Source: the human T2T-CHM13v2.0 reference genome, Homo sapiens. From it: a DNA stretch of 64,000 nucleotides. Numbering within the stretch: position 1 is the stretch's first letter; each line of letters starts with the position of its first letter. Made by a program: the position numbers and the translations under genes. The notes under the pieces were generated by a model. The model was given only the letters and a program-made list of their open reading frames with translations, did not search any database and was not told the DNA's origin. Location of the stretch: the NCBI RefSeq assembly GCF_009914755.1, contig NC_060929.1; one strand, 5' to 3'. This document shows positions 1 to 33,600 of the stretch, in pieces.

Positions 1-198
1 AAGCACAAACGGCAGTCCAAGGCCCAGGGAGCTGCGCTTTTGTTTCCTTTCAGGCATCTTTAGAGCCTGCGCAGCCCCTGCCAGGCCTCCTTCGCACCCT
101 GCAGCCCATCAGCAAACCCGTCCTGGTCACTCGTGTAAGACTCCCGTGTCCTCCCCCGGGACCAGGCCAGCCCTCCCATCTGTGGCCCCACAACTTGA

Positions 199-789
<591 letters not shown>

Positions 790-824
790 TGAAGGGATGA
801 AACGGCAGCTGTTTTATGTGCATT

Positions 825-1240
825 TTGTTTATTCATTCGGCATATTTTTAGTCCTTGTTGAGTATCAGGCCCTGCACCAGTGCTGGGGACGCATTCAGGA
901 GAAAACGATGCAGACATCAGTGCTGTCCCAGAGCTGGCGTCTGAACATGTGTGATGTGCGGTGTGTGCGTGTGCAGGGGGAAGGGGTGCAGGCAGCTGAA
1001 TGTGACCATGAGAACCCCGTAAACTCTGCGGGGCATGGAGGGGACCGGTGCTTTGCAGGTGCACAGAGCTGGGGCTGGGGGTGGCCCAGGTCTTTGGGGG
1101 CAGTTTTATGCAGGACGTATGGACGGCTGGAGCTGAATAGCGAGTGGGGGAGGCTGCATGGCCGCAGTGAGGTCTGGCTGACAATAGAGCAGGGCCTGGG
1201 TCATGGCTCATGGTCTGGTCAGGTCAACGGACACCCTAGT
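825..1240 (-). mobile_element. L2 3' fragment (decayed)
   Basis: ttattcattc...caggccctgcaccagtgctgggga resembles the antisense L2 tail. Confidence 0.55.
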
Positions 1241-1339
1241 CATGGCTCAGAGGCTTCAGCAGGGCCCCGTGGGGAGGGTGTGGGGACAAGGTCTCCCTGA
1301 AGGCCGAGGGAAGCAGCTTATTCCCCGGAGCCAGTGGCT

Positions 1340-1590
1340 CTTGTCCTTTACCCGTTTCTTGCTGCACTTGTTTGCCCTTTTAGATCAATTTGCAGGAGTT
1401 CTGTTTTTATTCTGGATAGCAATTTTCTTGTCAGTTACAGATGCTGACAATGTTTTCCCTCAGTCTGTGGCTTGGCTTTTCACTTAAGGATTTAAAAATT
1501 ATATCCCACAAGAGTTTAAGATTTTAATATAGCAACTTTTCTATTTTATTCTTTATGGCTTATGCATTTTGCATCTTAGGAAAATAACTA
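1340..1590 (-). mobile_element. Old L1 (L1ME-like) fragment
   Basis: T-rich ttctggata...cagtctgtggcttg...ctttatggct, typical of antisense L1 ORF2. Confidence 0.6.
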
Positions 1591-2440
1591 TCTTTGACAG
1601 TGGCTTTTGACCAAAAACCCATGTTGTTTGATATTCATATCCCCACACCAGCTTCTCGGGCCTGGCTGACCCACGTGTGAAAAGCCTCCAGTTCTAATCG
1701 TTGTTTCTTGATGCTTTAGATGTTCGCCTATGAATGTTTCACTGTTTCTAATCCACTTACTTGTGTTCTCATTACTGATACATTTCAACACAGGGTCCTC
1801 ATCTTCTCCTTGCCTGCAGTCTCTGTGCTGTTGCCTGCATTTTCTCTCTTCCTGTTTCTATTTCTGTAGTGGCTAACCTTAATGTGGGCATTTAACAAGG
1901 TCTAAGCAGGAGCTAAGCACGGTCTCTATTCTCCCAGAGCAGGGTCAGGACTGTGGGTGCTTCAGTGCCCTCCCCTCCCTCCCCCTCGAGTTTGCTCCTG
2001 TCAAGGTGGAGGAGGATCCCTCTAGCAATGACCCTGGGTTGGCTTCCGCCGAGGGCTGAGTTTAGGAACAGTCTCCAGGCTGTTGCTGTTTTCCTAGTCC
2101 ACGCTTTCACTGAGGATGCATCCCTTGCACATCTGTGCTTCACATGGGAGTCGCCGTCCACCTCCCACCTGCTGGGAGCCTTAGCTTCATCATCTGTCCT
2201 GCTTCAGTGTAAAACCCAACCCCTGGGCCGCAGAACTCGCACCCTACCCACCCACCTGCCTGCTGTAGGACGGCAAGCATCTCTGCTTCTGATTCACGTC
2301 CTCTCCCCTTCCCACATTTGTCCCTGGTCACGTCCTTGCCTGTTCGTGAATCCACTTGTGCAATCGACATGATGCTTGCACTCAGCAGTGCTCCTGGGTG
2401 TTCGCAGAACATGGTCTGCCAAAAACAGAAGTCAAGAAAC

Positions 2441-3065
<625 letters not shown>

Positions 3066-3704
3066 AGAAAGACTTCTAATCAATGTTTTGTTAAGAAGTT
3101 ACTAGACAGTCCTCCATCCAAATTCACTACCAGACACTGATATAATAGTATGAGTCTTTAGTTCATAATACTCAATGTTACTATATTTTTAAGAGTCCTA
3201 AAAGCTTTGGCAATTTTTTCTTCATTAGTTTCAAAATTTCTTTACAGTCATAATTTCTAACACAATTTTAACTTTTTTACTTTTTTTCATTGCTCAACTT
3301 GTTGCTAGATTTTCAGAAATTACAAGGAAAAACTGAAATAATAGAGCCGGGGTCAGTGTCAACATCAGCAGGGCACGGGGCAGGGCTCCCTGTCGGAGTG
3401 GCAGTGGGGGCTCCCGCAAGCTCCATCTCCTTCCTGTGTGCCCCTGCCCCATGCTGCTGCCACTTCCCTGGTCTCTGCTGGCTTCCCTGCCACCTTCCAG
3501 ACCCTTCCTTTCGTGTGGCTAATTTTCAGGAGGGGCAGGGGCACAACCTAGCAGCTCCAACCTAAGAAAGACTTTGTCAGTTGGTGTGTCAAAGCCAGCA
3601 TCTTTTATCAAACAGACAAACCCTGAACGCTCGTGGTTTAGCACGTGCTTCTTCCTCCAGGCGAAGCCAAGTGCTGGCCATGGGCCTCTCCTCCAGGCAG
3701 CGAC

Positions 3705-4064
3705 TCAGGACCGGCCCTCTGCAGCGCGGCCCAGTGACCCACATTCATTCTCCAAGACCTGCGCTGCTGGGCCTCTGAGGGGCCCCGGAAACATCCGGTG
3801 GCCACCCATCCCACTGGCATTGTTCCCACGAGGGTGCCAATGACTGCGCTCCTGGAGGGGCTGAGTTCGTCTTTGGGTCCAGGAGGTACCCAAAGCCGCT
3901 TGTCTGCTGGTGGCAGGTATGACAGACGTTTGATTCCCAACCTTCTCCGCTTTGGTTTCTTCGTTTACTGAATGCCCGGCGCCCACCTCAGTCCGCGGGA
4001 AACGAGGGACGCCCCTGCCACACTGCAGTGCGGACGACGAGGCCAACATAAAGACAGCAGGCAT
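3705..4064 (-). CDS. EXOC3-AS1: Putative 119-aa C5orf55 ORF (coding status doubtful)
   Basis: ATG at 4064-4062; MPAVFMLASSSALQCGRG...RAAEGRS; no recognisable domain. Confidence 0.45.
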   Translation of the reverse strand: MPAVFMLASSSALQCGRGVPRFPRTEVGAGHSVNEETKAEKVGNQTSVIPATSRQAALGTSWTQRRTQPLQERSHWHPRGNNASGMGGHRMFPGPLRGPAAQVLENECGSLGRAAEGRS

Positions 4065-4700
4065 CAGCAGAGGATGGAGACAGCGGCTCTGGGGCTGTCT
4101 TCTCTCCGCAGGTTGGGAAGGGAAAGGAGAGAAAATGCACGCAGTCACGCTCGGCGGAGGCGTCCAGGACTGCGCCCGCCCTGGGTAAGGGCGCACGCGG
4201 TGGTCGCCAGGGGCAGCGAGAGGGCCTGAGTTGGGGGGGCTGGGACGGACAAGAAGCCCCCCACCTCGGCGGTTACCCTGTCCTGCTGGGGAGCGGCCAT
4301 GGGGCAGGTCCCCGAGCTGAAGTCGCTCGGCCGGGAGACGAGTACCCGCCCCGCGGGAGGGCGCGGACCCGTGCTTCCGGCGCCGTTGCCGGAAGCGGAA
4401 GTGCCCGCGCGCTGTCCACTTCCGGCCGGGACCCCGGAGGCGGAGGCAGCGAAGGCGGAGGGGGCGGCGGCGGCGGCGGCGTAGCCGTAGAGGGTGAGTC
4501 GGTGGCAGGTCCTGACGGCCGGCGGGTCCTTGGGCGGTGGTCGCCGTCTTTCATCCTTGCTCTCCCTGTCTCTGGCTTCCGCGGGGGCGCGTAGGGGGAG
4601 GCCGGACCGGGACCTGGAGGGCGGGGAGGCCGTTCCGGACCCCGTGGAGTATCCCGCTCGTGCGAGTGTCCTCGGCGCAGGTGTCCTCCCCGGCACATGT
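3950..4700. promoter_or_regulatory. CpG island / bidirectional promoter of EXOC3 and EXOC3-AS1
   Basis: CpG-dense. Four ETS/GABPA cores (CTTCCGG 4374, CCGGAAG 4389, GCGGAAGT 4395, ACTTCCGG 4418), GC box CCCGCCCC at 4345, no TATA box. Confidence 0.88.
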
Positions 4701-5335
4701 GTCCCCCCCAGGCGTAGGTGTCCCCTTGGCACATGTGTCCCCACAGGCACAAGGTCCTTCCTGATGCAGGTGTCCCCTTAACAGTGTCTTCCCCCACGCC
4801 CCAGGCGCTGGTGTCCTTCCTGGCACAGGTGTCCCCCCTCGGAGCAGGTGTCCCTCCTTGGGGCAGATGTCCCTCCAGGCACAAGTGTCCTTCCTGGCGC
4901 AGGTGTCCCCTCGGCGCAGGAGTTCTCCAAGGTGCAGGTGTCCCCTCAAGCACAGGTGTCCCTCCCAGGCACAAGTGTACTTCCTGGTGCAGGTGTCCTC
5001 TTGACGGTGTCCCCCCCCAGGCGCAGTTGTCCTTCCTGGCACAGGTGTCCCCCCTCGGACCAGGTGTCCCTCGTCGGAGCAGGTGTCCTTCTGGGCACAA
5101 GCGTCCTTCCTGGCCTTTAGGAAGCTTTCAAGGTGCAGGTGTCCTCCAAGGTGCAGGTGTCCTCCAGCGGAGTGTCCCCTCCGTGAGGTGCCTCCCAGCA
5201 CAGGTGTTCCCCTCGGCGCAGGCGTCCCCCCGGTAAAGGGTCCCTCCTGGCAGAGGTGTCTGCCCGGCAGAGGTGTCTCCCTGGCGCAGGTGTCTCCGTG
5301 GGTGCTGATGTTCCCCGCAGTAGGGTGTCCCCCCG
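4665..5335. repeat. Degenerate ~19-nt GCAGGTGTCC repeat array
   Basis: About 15 CAGGTG plus variants. Confidence 0.9.
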
Positions 5336-5870
5336 CTCGGCGGAGAGGCTCACAGCGGAGCCAGCGCCAGGGGAAGGCAGTCAGAAAGGCCCTGGTAGGG
5401 GCTGGACCTGGGTCTCTGTTTATGGTCTCTGAGTTCCTCTTTGGCTTCTGTGACCCAAAATCTTTAGTCTTCAGGCTGGGATGGAAGCCTCTGCGGTGCG
5501 TTTTTTAACTCCAGATTTTCCCCTTTTCCACATGAGTAGCTTTATTCTGACTCCAAGGCGAGCCCTGCTTCACAGCTCTCCACTCACATCGCCTTGGCTT
5601 CCACCCACAGCGTGACAGACTTCACTCCAGCCTTAAGATGGGCGCAGCCACCTCACCGCGTGCCCCAGCAGAGCGGCTGGGGGTCCACTTCTTGGGTTAT
5701 TATCCAGCCCTATAATCAAAATCATACAGGCTTTAATGTCAATGGAAATGCTGATGATAATGTCCAAACAAAATAAGAAAACAAAAGTGTGCACCTACAA
5801 AGTCATATAAGCAGTGGAATCTTAGCTTTAAAAGAAACTCAAAGGGAAAAAACTGGAAGGAAACAAGCCC

Positions 5871-6161
5871 TGTTGGAGGGAGTTGCCCCTGAGTGTCAGG
5901 ATTTAAGGGGAGTTGTCCCTGGGTGGCGGGATTTAAGGGGAGTTGCCCCTGAGTGGTGGGATATAGCGGGGGTTACCCCTGAGTGGTGGGATTTACGGGA
6001 AGTTGTCCCTGGATTGTGAGATTTAAGGGGAGTTGCCCCTGAGTGTCGGGATTTAAGGGGAGTTGTCTCTGGTTGGCGAGATTTAAGGGAAGTTGCCCCT
6101 GGGTAGCAAGATTTAAGAGGAGTTGCCCATAGATGATGGGATTTAAGGGGAGTTGCCTCTG
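5871..6161. repeat. 30-bp minisatellite, ~9.5 copies
   Basis: Unit ggatttaaggggagttgcccctgagtggtg. Confidence 0.95.
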
Positions 6162-6599
6162 GCATCTTTGTATTTTTGTCCTGTCCAGATTTTCTACGTT
6201 GGTATGCCAAATTTCATAATCAGAAAATAAAGAGAAAGGAAAGGTTGCAATGTAGGTCCAGATGAAAAAGGAGAAGAGAGGTGTCTGAAAGCATGTGGGC
6301 ATGGAGAATGAAAAATTCCAGGAGAAGGTGAATCTTTTTAATATTCATGAAGATGAAAATCAGACAGCTGAAGTCAAGGGGAACAGGTGTATCGGATTCC
6401 CTCATTGACTGATGCTCACCAAGCAGCTGTGTTAGCTCCCCGAGGAGGACGATGGTGGAGGGAGCATGGAAGGCAGGCTTGCCTGGCATCTGAGCACCTG
6501 TGGTCTGCACGGGGCCTGCATAAAGGAGGGAAGCATGATGTTTTCTAGGACAGTTAAAAAAGGGGGAAATGGGGTTTTGGATACCCAAGACAATAATGA

Positions 6600-6915
<316 letters not shown>

Positions 6916-7469
6916 CTGACTATTGTCACTTTTATAGGGTGGGAATTGTGGGGCTTGTGCTGGGCCTCCAGCTGTGGTACCTGGTCGGGGGAGTTGTCCA
7001 CGCTGTATTTGTCTTCACTGAGGGTCCTGGTGCAGCTGCCCACAGGCCTGGCCAAGGTGCTGGGGGAAAGCTCCCGAAATGAGAAACCAGCCCTGTCTTG
7101 GGGAGAGATGTGCCTTTGAGGCTGACATCTACATGCTGGGTGGTCTGGGACCCACATCTAGAATCTTCGCAATGTCCATGTCTCTCATGCCTGTGAAACG
7201 CCCCTGCTCTCCCCTTAAAGGTATAACTTCTGCATGTTTGTGTTACGAAGGTTTGTTTATCTTATCAAGGAGTTCCTCATCCTAGTTCAGCTTTCTTTGA
7301 GGTTTCCTGGATTAATGATCTCAGAGGCTCTGCTTGTAGCTCCACTGTGATCACCTGATAGTTTGGGGGAGGTTTTGTACCTAACATTTCTACCGTCCTA
7401 ACAACTCCTGCAGTGCACAGAGAACACCCCTAGCATGAACAGTGTGAGGATTCCACCAGCTTTTTCACC

Positions 7470-28163
<20,694 letters not shown>

Positions 28164-28526
28164 CCTCCGCCGGCCTGCCCTGCTCGCCCCTCCACAGCCT
28201 CGGTCCCTGCCTTTAGAAACGCGGGACAGCTGATTGCTCTCCTTGGCCACACGTGCTCCTTTTAGCTGCACGGCCTGTCTTTAGGTGCCAGTGTGATGCA
28301 CCGGGTGTGCGTCGAGTGAGCGTCCCGAGGCCACGTGCGGAGGCCCCTCACTGTGCTGTCAAAGGCCTGTGGGTGCAGGGCTCTGCCGCACAGCCTCTCT
28401 TGGGTGCTTGTTTGTTGCAGTGGTTGAAAGTGTGTGGGGCACAGAGGACGTGCACCTCCCTGCCCTCCTCCTCCCTGGGCCTTCACCGCACCCCATCTGC
28501 TTAAGTGCTCGGAACCCCGTCACCTA

Positions 28527-28532
28527 ATTAAA
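28527..28532 (+). terminator. EXOC3: EXOC3 polyadenylation signal (ATTAAA)
   Basis: Canonical-variant hexamer about 365 nt after the stop codon. Confidence 0.75.
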
Positions 28533-28652
28533 GTTTCTCGGCTTCCTCAGAGAAATGAAAACGCCATGCATTCTCTTTTCCAGTTAAGGTTTTCTGACTA
28601 CTGATCTAGGATTGCCCAGGAACTGTTGTCAATCACAGAGTAAAAGTCTCCG

Positions 28653-29343
28653 CTCAGCCTGGAGGGCGCCCTCCTGGTCCCCTCCTGTCTGACATCCCCT
28701 CAGCCTGGATGGCGCCCTCCTGGTCCCCTCCTGTCTGACATCCCCTCAGCCTAGATGGCGCCCTCCTGGTCCCCTCCTGTCTGACATCCCCTCAGCCTAG
28801 AGGGTGCCCTCCTGATCCCCTCCTGTCTGACATCCCCTCAGCCTGGATGGCGCCCTCCTGGTCCCCTCCTGTCTGACATCCCCTCAGCCTGGAGGGTGCC
28901 CTCCTGGTCCCCTCCTGTCTGACATCCCCTCAGCCTAGAGGGTGCCCTCCTGATCCCCTCATGTCTGACATCCCCTCAGCCTGGAGGGCGCCCTCCTGGT
29001 CCCCTCGTATCTGACATCCCCTCAGCCTGGAGGGCGCCCTCCTGGTCCCCTTGTATCTGACATCCCCTCAGCCTGGAGGGCGCCCTCCTGGTCCCCTCCT
29101 GTCTGACATCCCCTCAGCCTGGAGGGCGCCCTCCTGGTCCCCTCCTGTCTGACATCCCCTCAGCCTGGAGGGCGCCCTCCTGGTCCCCTCCTGTCTGATA
29201 TCCCCTCAGCCTGGAGGGCGCCCTCCTGGTCCCCTCCTGTCTGACATCCCCTCAGCCTAGAGGGCGCCCTCCTGGTCCCCTCCTGTCTGACATCCCCTCA
29301 GCCTGGAGGGTGCCCTCCTGGTCCCCTCCTGTTTGACATCCCC
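28653..29343. repeat. 46-bp minisatellite, ~15 copies
   Basis: ctcagcctggagggcgccctcctggtcccctcctgtctgacatccc. Confidence 0.97.
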
Positions 29344-29696
29344 AGAGTTACTCCTTGGGTCCTTTGAGAGATGAGACACCAGCTGCACCCAGCAAGCCCT
29401 GTCCCCACCCCCAGGCGAGCAGACCTCTGGCACCGGGTGTTGCCAGCCAAGTCAGCCATACCTGGTAGACGAGCAATGGCAGGAGTGTAAATTTTGGTAA
29501 AAGTAAATATGAAAGTGAATATTTACTTGGAGTACACTTCAAGACCCGCGAATCATGCTTTTCCTGATAGAGAATCCTTTAAATTCTCTTTTCTAAAATG
29601 TACCCATCTCTCTACAGCATCTGCCTTCAATGGTAGCATCATTTTGCACGTTAATCTTTAATTTTTTTCCAAAGCTAATCAAGGCATTACCCCGGA

Positions 29697-29990
29697 GGCC
29701 GGGCGCAGTGGCTCACGCCTGTAATCCCAACACTTTGGGAGGCCAAGGTGGGTGGATCATTTGAGATCAGGAGTTTGCAAAGACCAGCCTGGCCAACATG
29801 GTGAAACCCCATCTCTACTAAAAATACAAAAATTAGCCAGGTGTGGTGGTGCATGCCTGTAATTCCAGCTACTTGGGAGGCTGAGGCAGAATTGCTTGAA
29901 CCCCGGAGGCGGAGGTTGCAGTGAGCCGAGATTTCACCACTGCACTCCAGCCTGGGCAACGGAGCGAGACTCCGTCTCAAAGGAAGGGGG
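29697..29990 (+). mobile_element. AluS
   Basis: Sense dimer. Confidence 0.95.
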
Positions 29991-30182
29991 GAATTACCCA
30001 GGATGAGCAGGGAGTCCTGGGTCCTGGTGCTCAGAGGGGCAGACCCCTGTGCTCTCTTAATTTACAGAGAAGTATTGATTTGGTTGAGTGAGTGAAAGGC
30101 ATTGACCTTCATTCCTCCTCTCGCCTGTGTATACAGCGCTTCGTTCCCTCCATCCCTGTCTGTCTCAGAGCCCCAGGGACTC

Positions 30183-30510
30183 GCAGATGGGCGAGGTGGG
30201 GGTGTCAGCGGGCCCTTCTGTCCCTGTGAGGACCCCACAAGACTGGCCCATGGGCCCCATGCAGTGCAGGTGGGAGAGGCGGGGGTGTCAGCGGGCCCTT
30301 CTGTCCCTGTGAGGACCTCACAAGGCTGGCCCACGGGCCCCATGCAGTGCAGGTGGGAGAGGTGGGAGTGTCAGCAGACCCATCTGTTCCTGTGAGTACC
30401 CCACAAGGCTGGCCCGTGGGCCCCGTGCAGTGCAGGTGGGAGAGGTGGGGGTGTCAGCGGGGCCATCTGTTCCTGTGAGGGCCTCCCATGGCTGCCCATG
30501 GGCCGCAGGT
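30183..30510. repeat. 83-bp minisatellite, ~4 copies
   Basis: gtgtcag recurs at 30202, 30285, 30368, 30451. Confidence 0.93.
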
Positions 30511-30574
30511 ACTCCAGCCTGAGGACACGCTTTGTTTGCTCTCAAGACGTTTTTGAGATGGCAGAGTTGACATT

Positions 30575-30825
30575 TTGCTTTTATTTCATCCTCACAAGAT
30601 GTGAAAAATTCACAAATGGGACTTCTTGAAAGAATCAAAACTTGAGAAGTAACTGAGAAGTAGAAGCAGCTCTTAACAAGCATCAGGGGCTCAGAAGAGG
30701 TAGCTCTTCCCAGGGCATCCAGCGGGCGAGCTGTTCCATGTGCCTCTGAACCCAGCTTCCCACTTAGCAGCAGGTCTTGAATGCACCTGGCATACAGTAA
30801 GTGCTCAGTAAATGCATATGAATTA
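30575..30825. mobile_element. MIR/L2 fragments
   Basis: tttcatcctcacaa... and cctggcatacagtaagtgctcagtaaatg. Confidence 0.5.
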
Positions 30826-30859
30826 GAATTCGTAGTGTTCACAGTCATTAGAGTGTCCC

Positions 30860-33600
30860 TTATAAGAATGAAAAATGCATTTATTTTCCCACTGAGAGGG
30901 AATTCTTGTTACTTCTGGAATGAGTGCCCAGGGCGAATGGTGGTGAGTGTGCAGCCCTCACTGGTGTTTTGCTCTGATTCTGTGTGAGGGTCACCGCTGG
31001 GACCCACGGTCACTGGTCACATCCTCCTCACGGGTGCCTGCAATGACAGGCCTCCGCAGGGGGCTCTGACCCCATCTGTCTGCACCGGAGGGGCTGTGCT
31101 CAGATCCAGGGGTCGCGCCACAGCTGTGTCCAGTGGCTTCCTCACACCAGCTAGGAAGGGCAGCAACAGCACGTGCACGCACACACGCACACAACGCGCA
31201 CACACACGCATGTGTCAGTGCTAATTTTTGGGCAGAGCGATGTCTGCCTACAGGAGACGTCTCCTTAAATTCTCATAGGTGGATATTTCTCTTTTATAAA
31301 CAAAGTTTGCACCCAAAATGCCTTGAAATGTTTTTAATAGAATTGGTCTAGTAATCGTTCAGGATTTCGGTGATGGGCCCTCCCTGTCTGGACACTGCCA
31401 ACCCACAGCTGGAGGGGCACTTAAGGCACGTCATTTTGTGATTAGAATTACACAAAATTTGATTAATATTATAGCTGCAAAATTAACATACACAATTTTC
31501 ACTCATAATTTAAAATATTTTGATGAAATTCTTTGCTTTCACAATAGAAGATCAATGGTACACAGTATATTGAACTCTGTAACAAAATTATTTTTGAGAA
31601 AATACAGAAGTGAGAAATAGTGATTTCCTCAATTTGTTTATAGTCTATCACAAAGTAGGCCAAAGTTCAGTATTAAATAGATATCCTAATAAAAGTTTTT
31701 ACAAGTTTTCCTAAGGAAATACATTCATAAGACTGTTTACCTTCTGTTTGACAGCAGTGACAGGAACGTGGGGATCCCCACTCATGACGAGTCCCTAGCA
31801 CTCAGCCCCTGGCACCCACAGCCCCGGCGCGCTCCGTCACCTGGTAGGGAGCAGCCTGGGCTGCCGTGAGTGAGGTGTTCTCACTCTGGTTCCGTGTTTG
31901 TGTTTAGCCTGTGCAATTCTCGTCAACACAGAACACCTGCCTGCCCACCCCCGGTGCTGAAGACCGACCAGTCAAGGAGGTGTTGGTGGGAGTGTTGTGT
32001 TCACCATGTGGAGATCAGGCGGCGATTACCGCATCTTCTTTGCTGACTTTGGTAACCGGGTGTCCAGGGAGGAGCGATCGGGAGTGGCCAAGCAGTTGCC
32101 TGGACTCAGCTTCTGACTCTGCAGCTGGGAGTCAGATGCAGGCCCAAGGGTCCAGGGGAGTTGTTCAGCGCTTGGAATCGCCATGCACTGCGCGGTGGAC
32201 CGCACGACGCTCCTGCTCTGTTCTCCCAGGCACAGACAGGCACTTGGAAGGCAGCTTTGCTCCTCTGGCCACCCGGAAACCTCCCAGCAGTTCAGATGGG
32301 ACAAACTGGGGGCCTGTCAGAACAGCCACTTGTGCCGGGAAGGCCAGGCCCCGGCCTGCTCCGATGAACGTCAGGACGGTGGCTGCAGCAGGGAACCAGG
32401 GCTGGCCTTGGATCTGTCCAGTAGGGTCACTGACTGGGCAGGGCTTGCTGCATAGAGGATGGCTGCATTTTGTGCTCAGAGTTGGTTGAAATGGCTACGA
32501 AGTGTGGAGAATAACCACTGAATCCCAAAAAGTCACTGCGCTTGATCTGATCCAAGTAACAGTGACTGCAGTTAGGGTCGAGAGCTTCTCCGAAGCAGCG
32601 GTCATGCAGGCTTTTGTGTGGCTGACGCTTCCCTTTTTCACAACAGTAAAAAGCTATCAATGGGAAATTGTGGACTTTTCCCACCAGGGACTCAATGGGG
32701 ACTCAATGTGCAATATTCAGTCAACATAAAACTCTTTAAGAACTCCTCCTGACTGGTGACTGTCAACACTTGATCTGAAACGTGAATAGTTTAATTTTCC
32801 TGAGCAAGGAGCTGCGAGTCTAGCTTTAGAAAAGCCCCTAGGAGTGTCCACCTCCACCACTTCCACCGTGCAGGCAGGTTTCAGGTGGGTTGGACCCTGT
32901 GGGACTTGCCGTCTGAGGGATGGATGGACTCCGAGCACCCTCCCCGGCTCAGCACCCGCGGCCTCCGCCCACTCAATGGACTGTGCCTCCCAGAGCTTGG
33001 GCTGGATGGTCTCCCTGCAGAGGACCAGGAGCTCTGTCCAAGGCCTCGCCCTGGGACGCTGGAAGGGGTGGGAAGGGTCAGGGGTCCGGGGTCTAGGACA
33101 GGCTCAGGGGTCTCAGCAGGTTCTCCTTGGAGGGCCTGAGCCTGGTAGGGGGGCGGTGCCCTGGGCCCCTCCATGCCCCCTGGTTTGTTAAGGGGGACAG
33201 AGCAGCTGCTGGGCCCCACCATCCACTTAAGGACTGGCCGTGATTCTTGGCAAGCTCCGCCCGCCAGGCCACCTCTCACCCAGCCAGGGCACCCCGGGCG
33301 ACCTCCGCGCCAGGTGCGACAGCTCAGGCCGGAGACCTCGTCTGTGGGGACGGGCCGTGTCCGGGGCCGCCACCCTGAGACCGGGCGCGGGCAGGACGGA
33401 ACCTGGGGGGGAAACGGGGCAGGTACTGGCTTTAGGAGTCTAAATCCCCAAACGCTGAGCAGACGGAAGACGTTCCTGCCACTTTACCTGCAGTTCAAAG
33501 ACCTGGCGAGGGCCTGGAAACGGCGCTCGGCCCAGGCCGCTTGCGGGCGCTGGGCCTGCAGCCGCTGCAGGTCGGGCCCTGAGTCCTGGCGCTCGGGAGG
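30860..33600 (-). ncRNA. PP7080: PP7080 / SLC9A3-OT1 transcript overlapping the SLC9A3 3' UTR; boundaries approximate
   Basis: Identity from recalled locus organisation. Strong - strand donor CAG|GTAAAG at 33488/33487 near the island edge. Confidence 0.5.
30880..30885 (-). terminator. Likely distal polyA signal (AATAAA) for SLC9A3/PP7080; alternative ATTAAA at 31338-31333
   Basis: TTTATT on the + strand, downstream of the AU-rich 3' UTR segment. Confidence 0.6.

Noticed and set aside
28653-29343. BMP-SMAD response element array (GGCGCC + GTCT)
   Set aside because: The spacing is 16 nt rather than the canonical 5 nt.
32427-32938. 85- and 73-aa ORFs in PP7080
   Set aside because: Both begin at GTG and show no recognisable domain.
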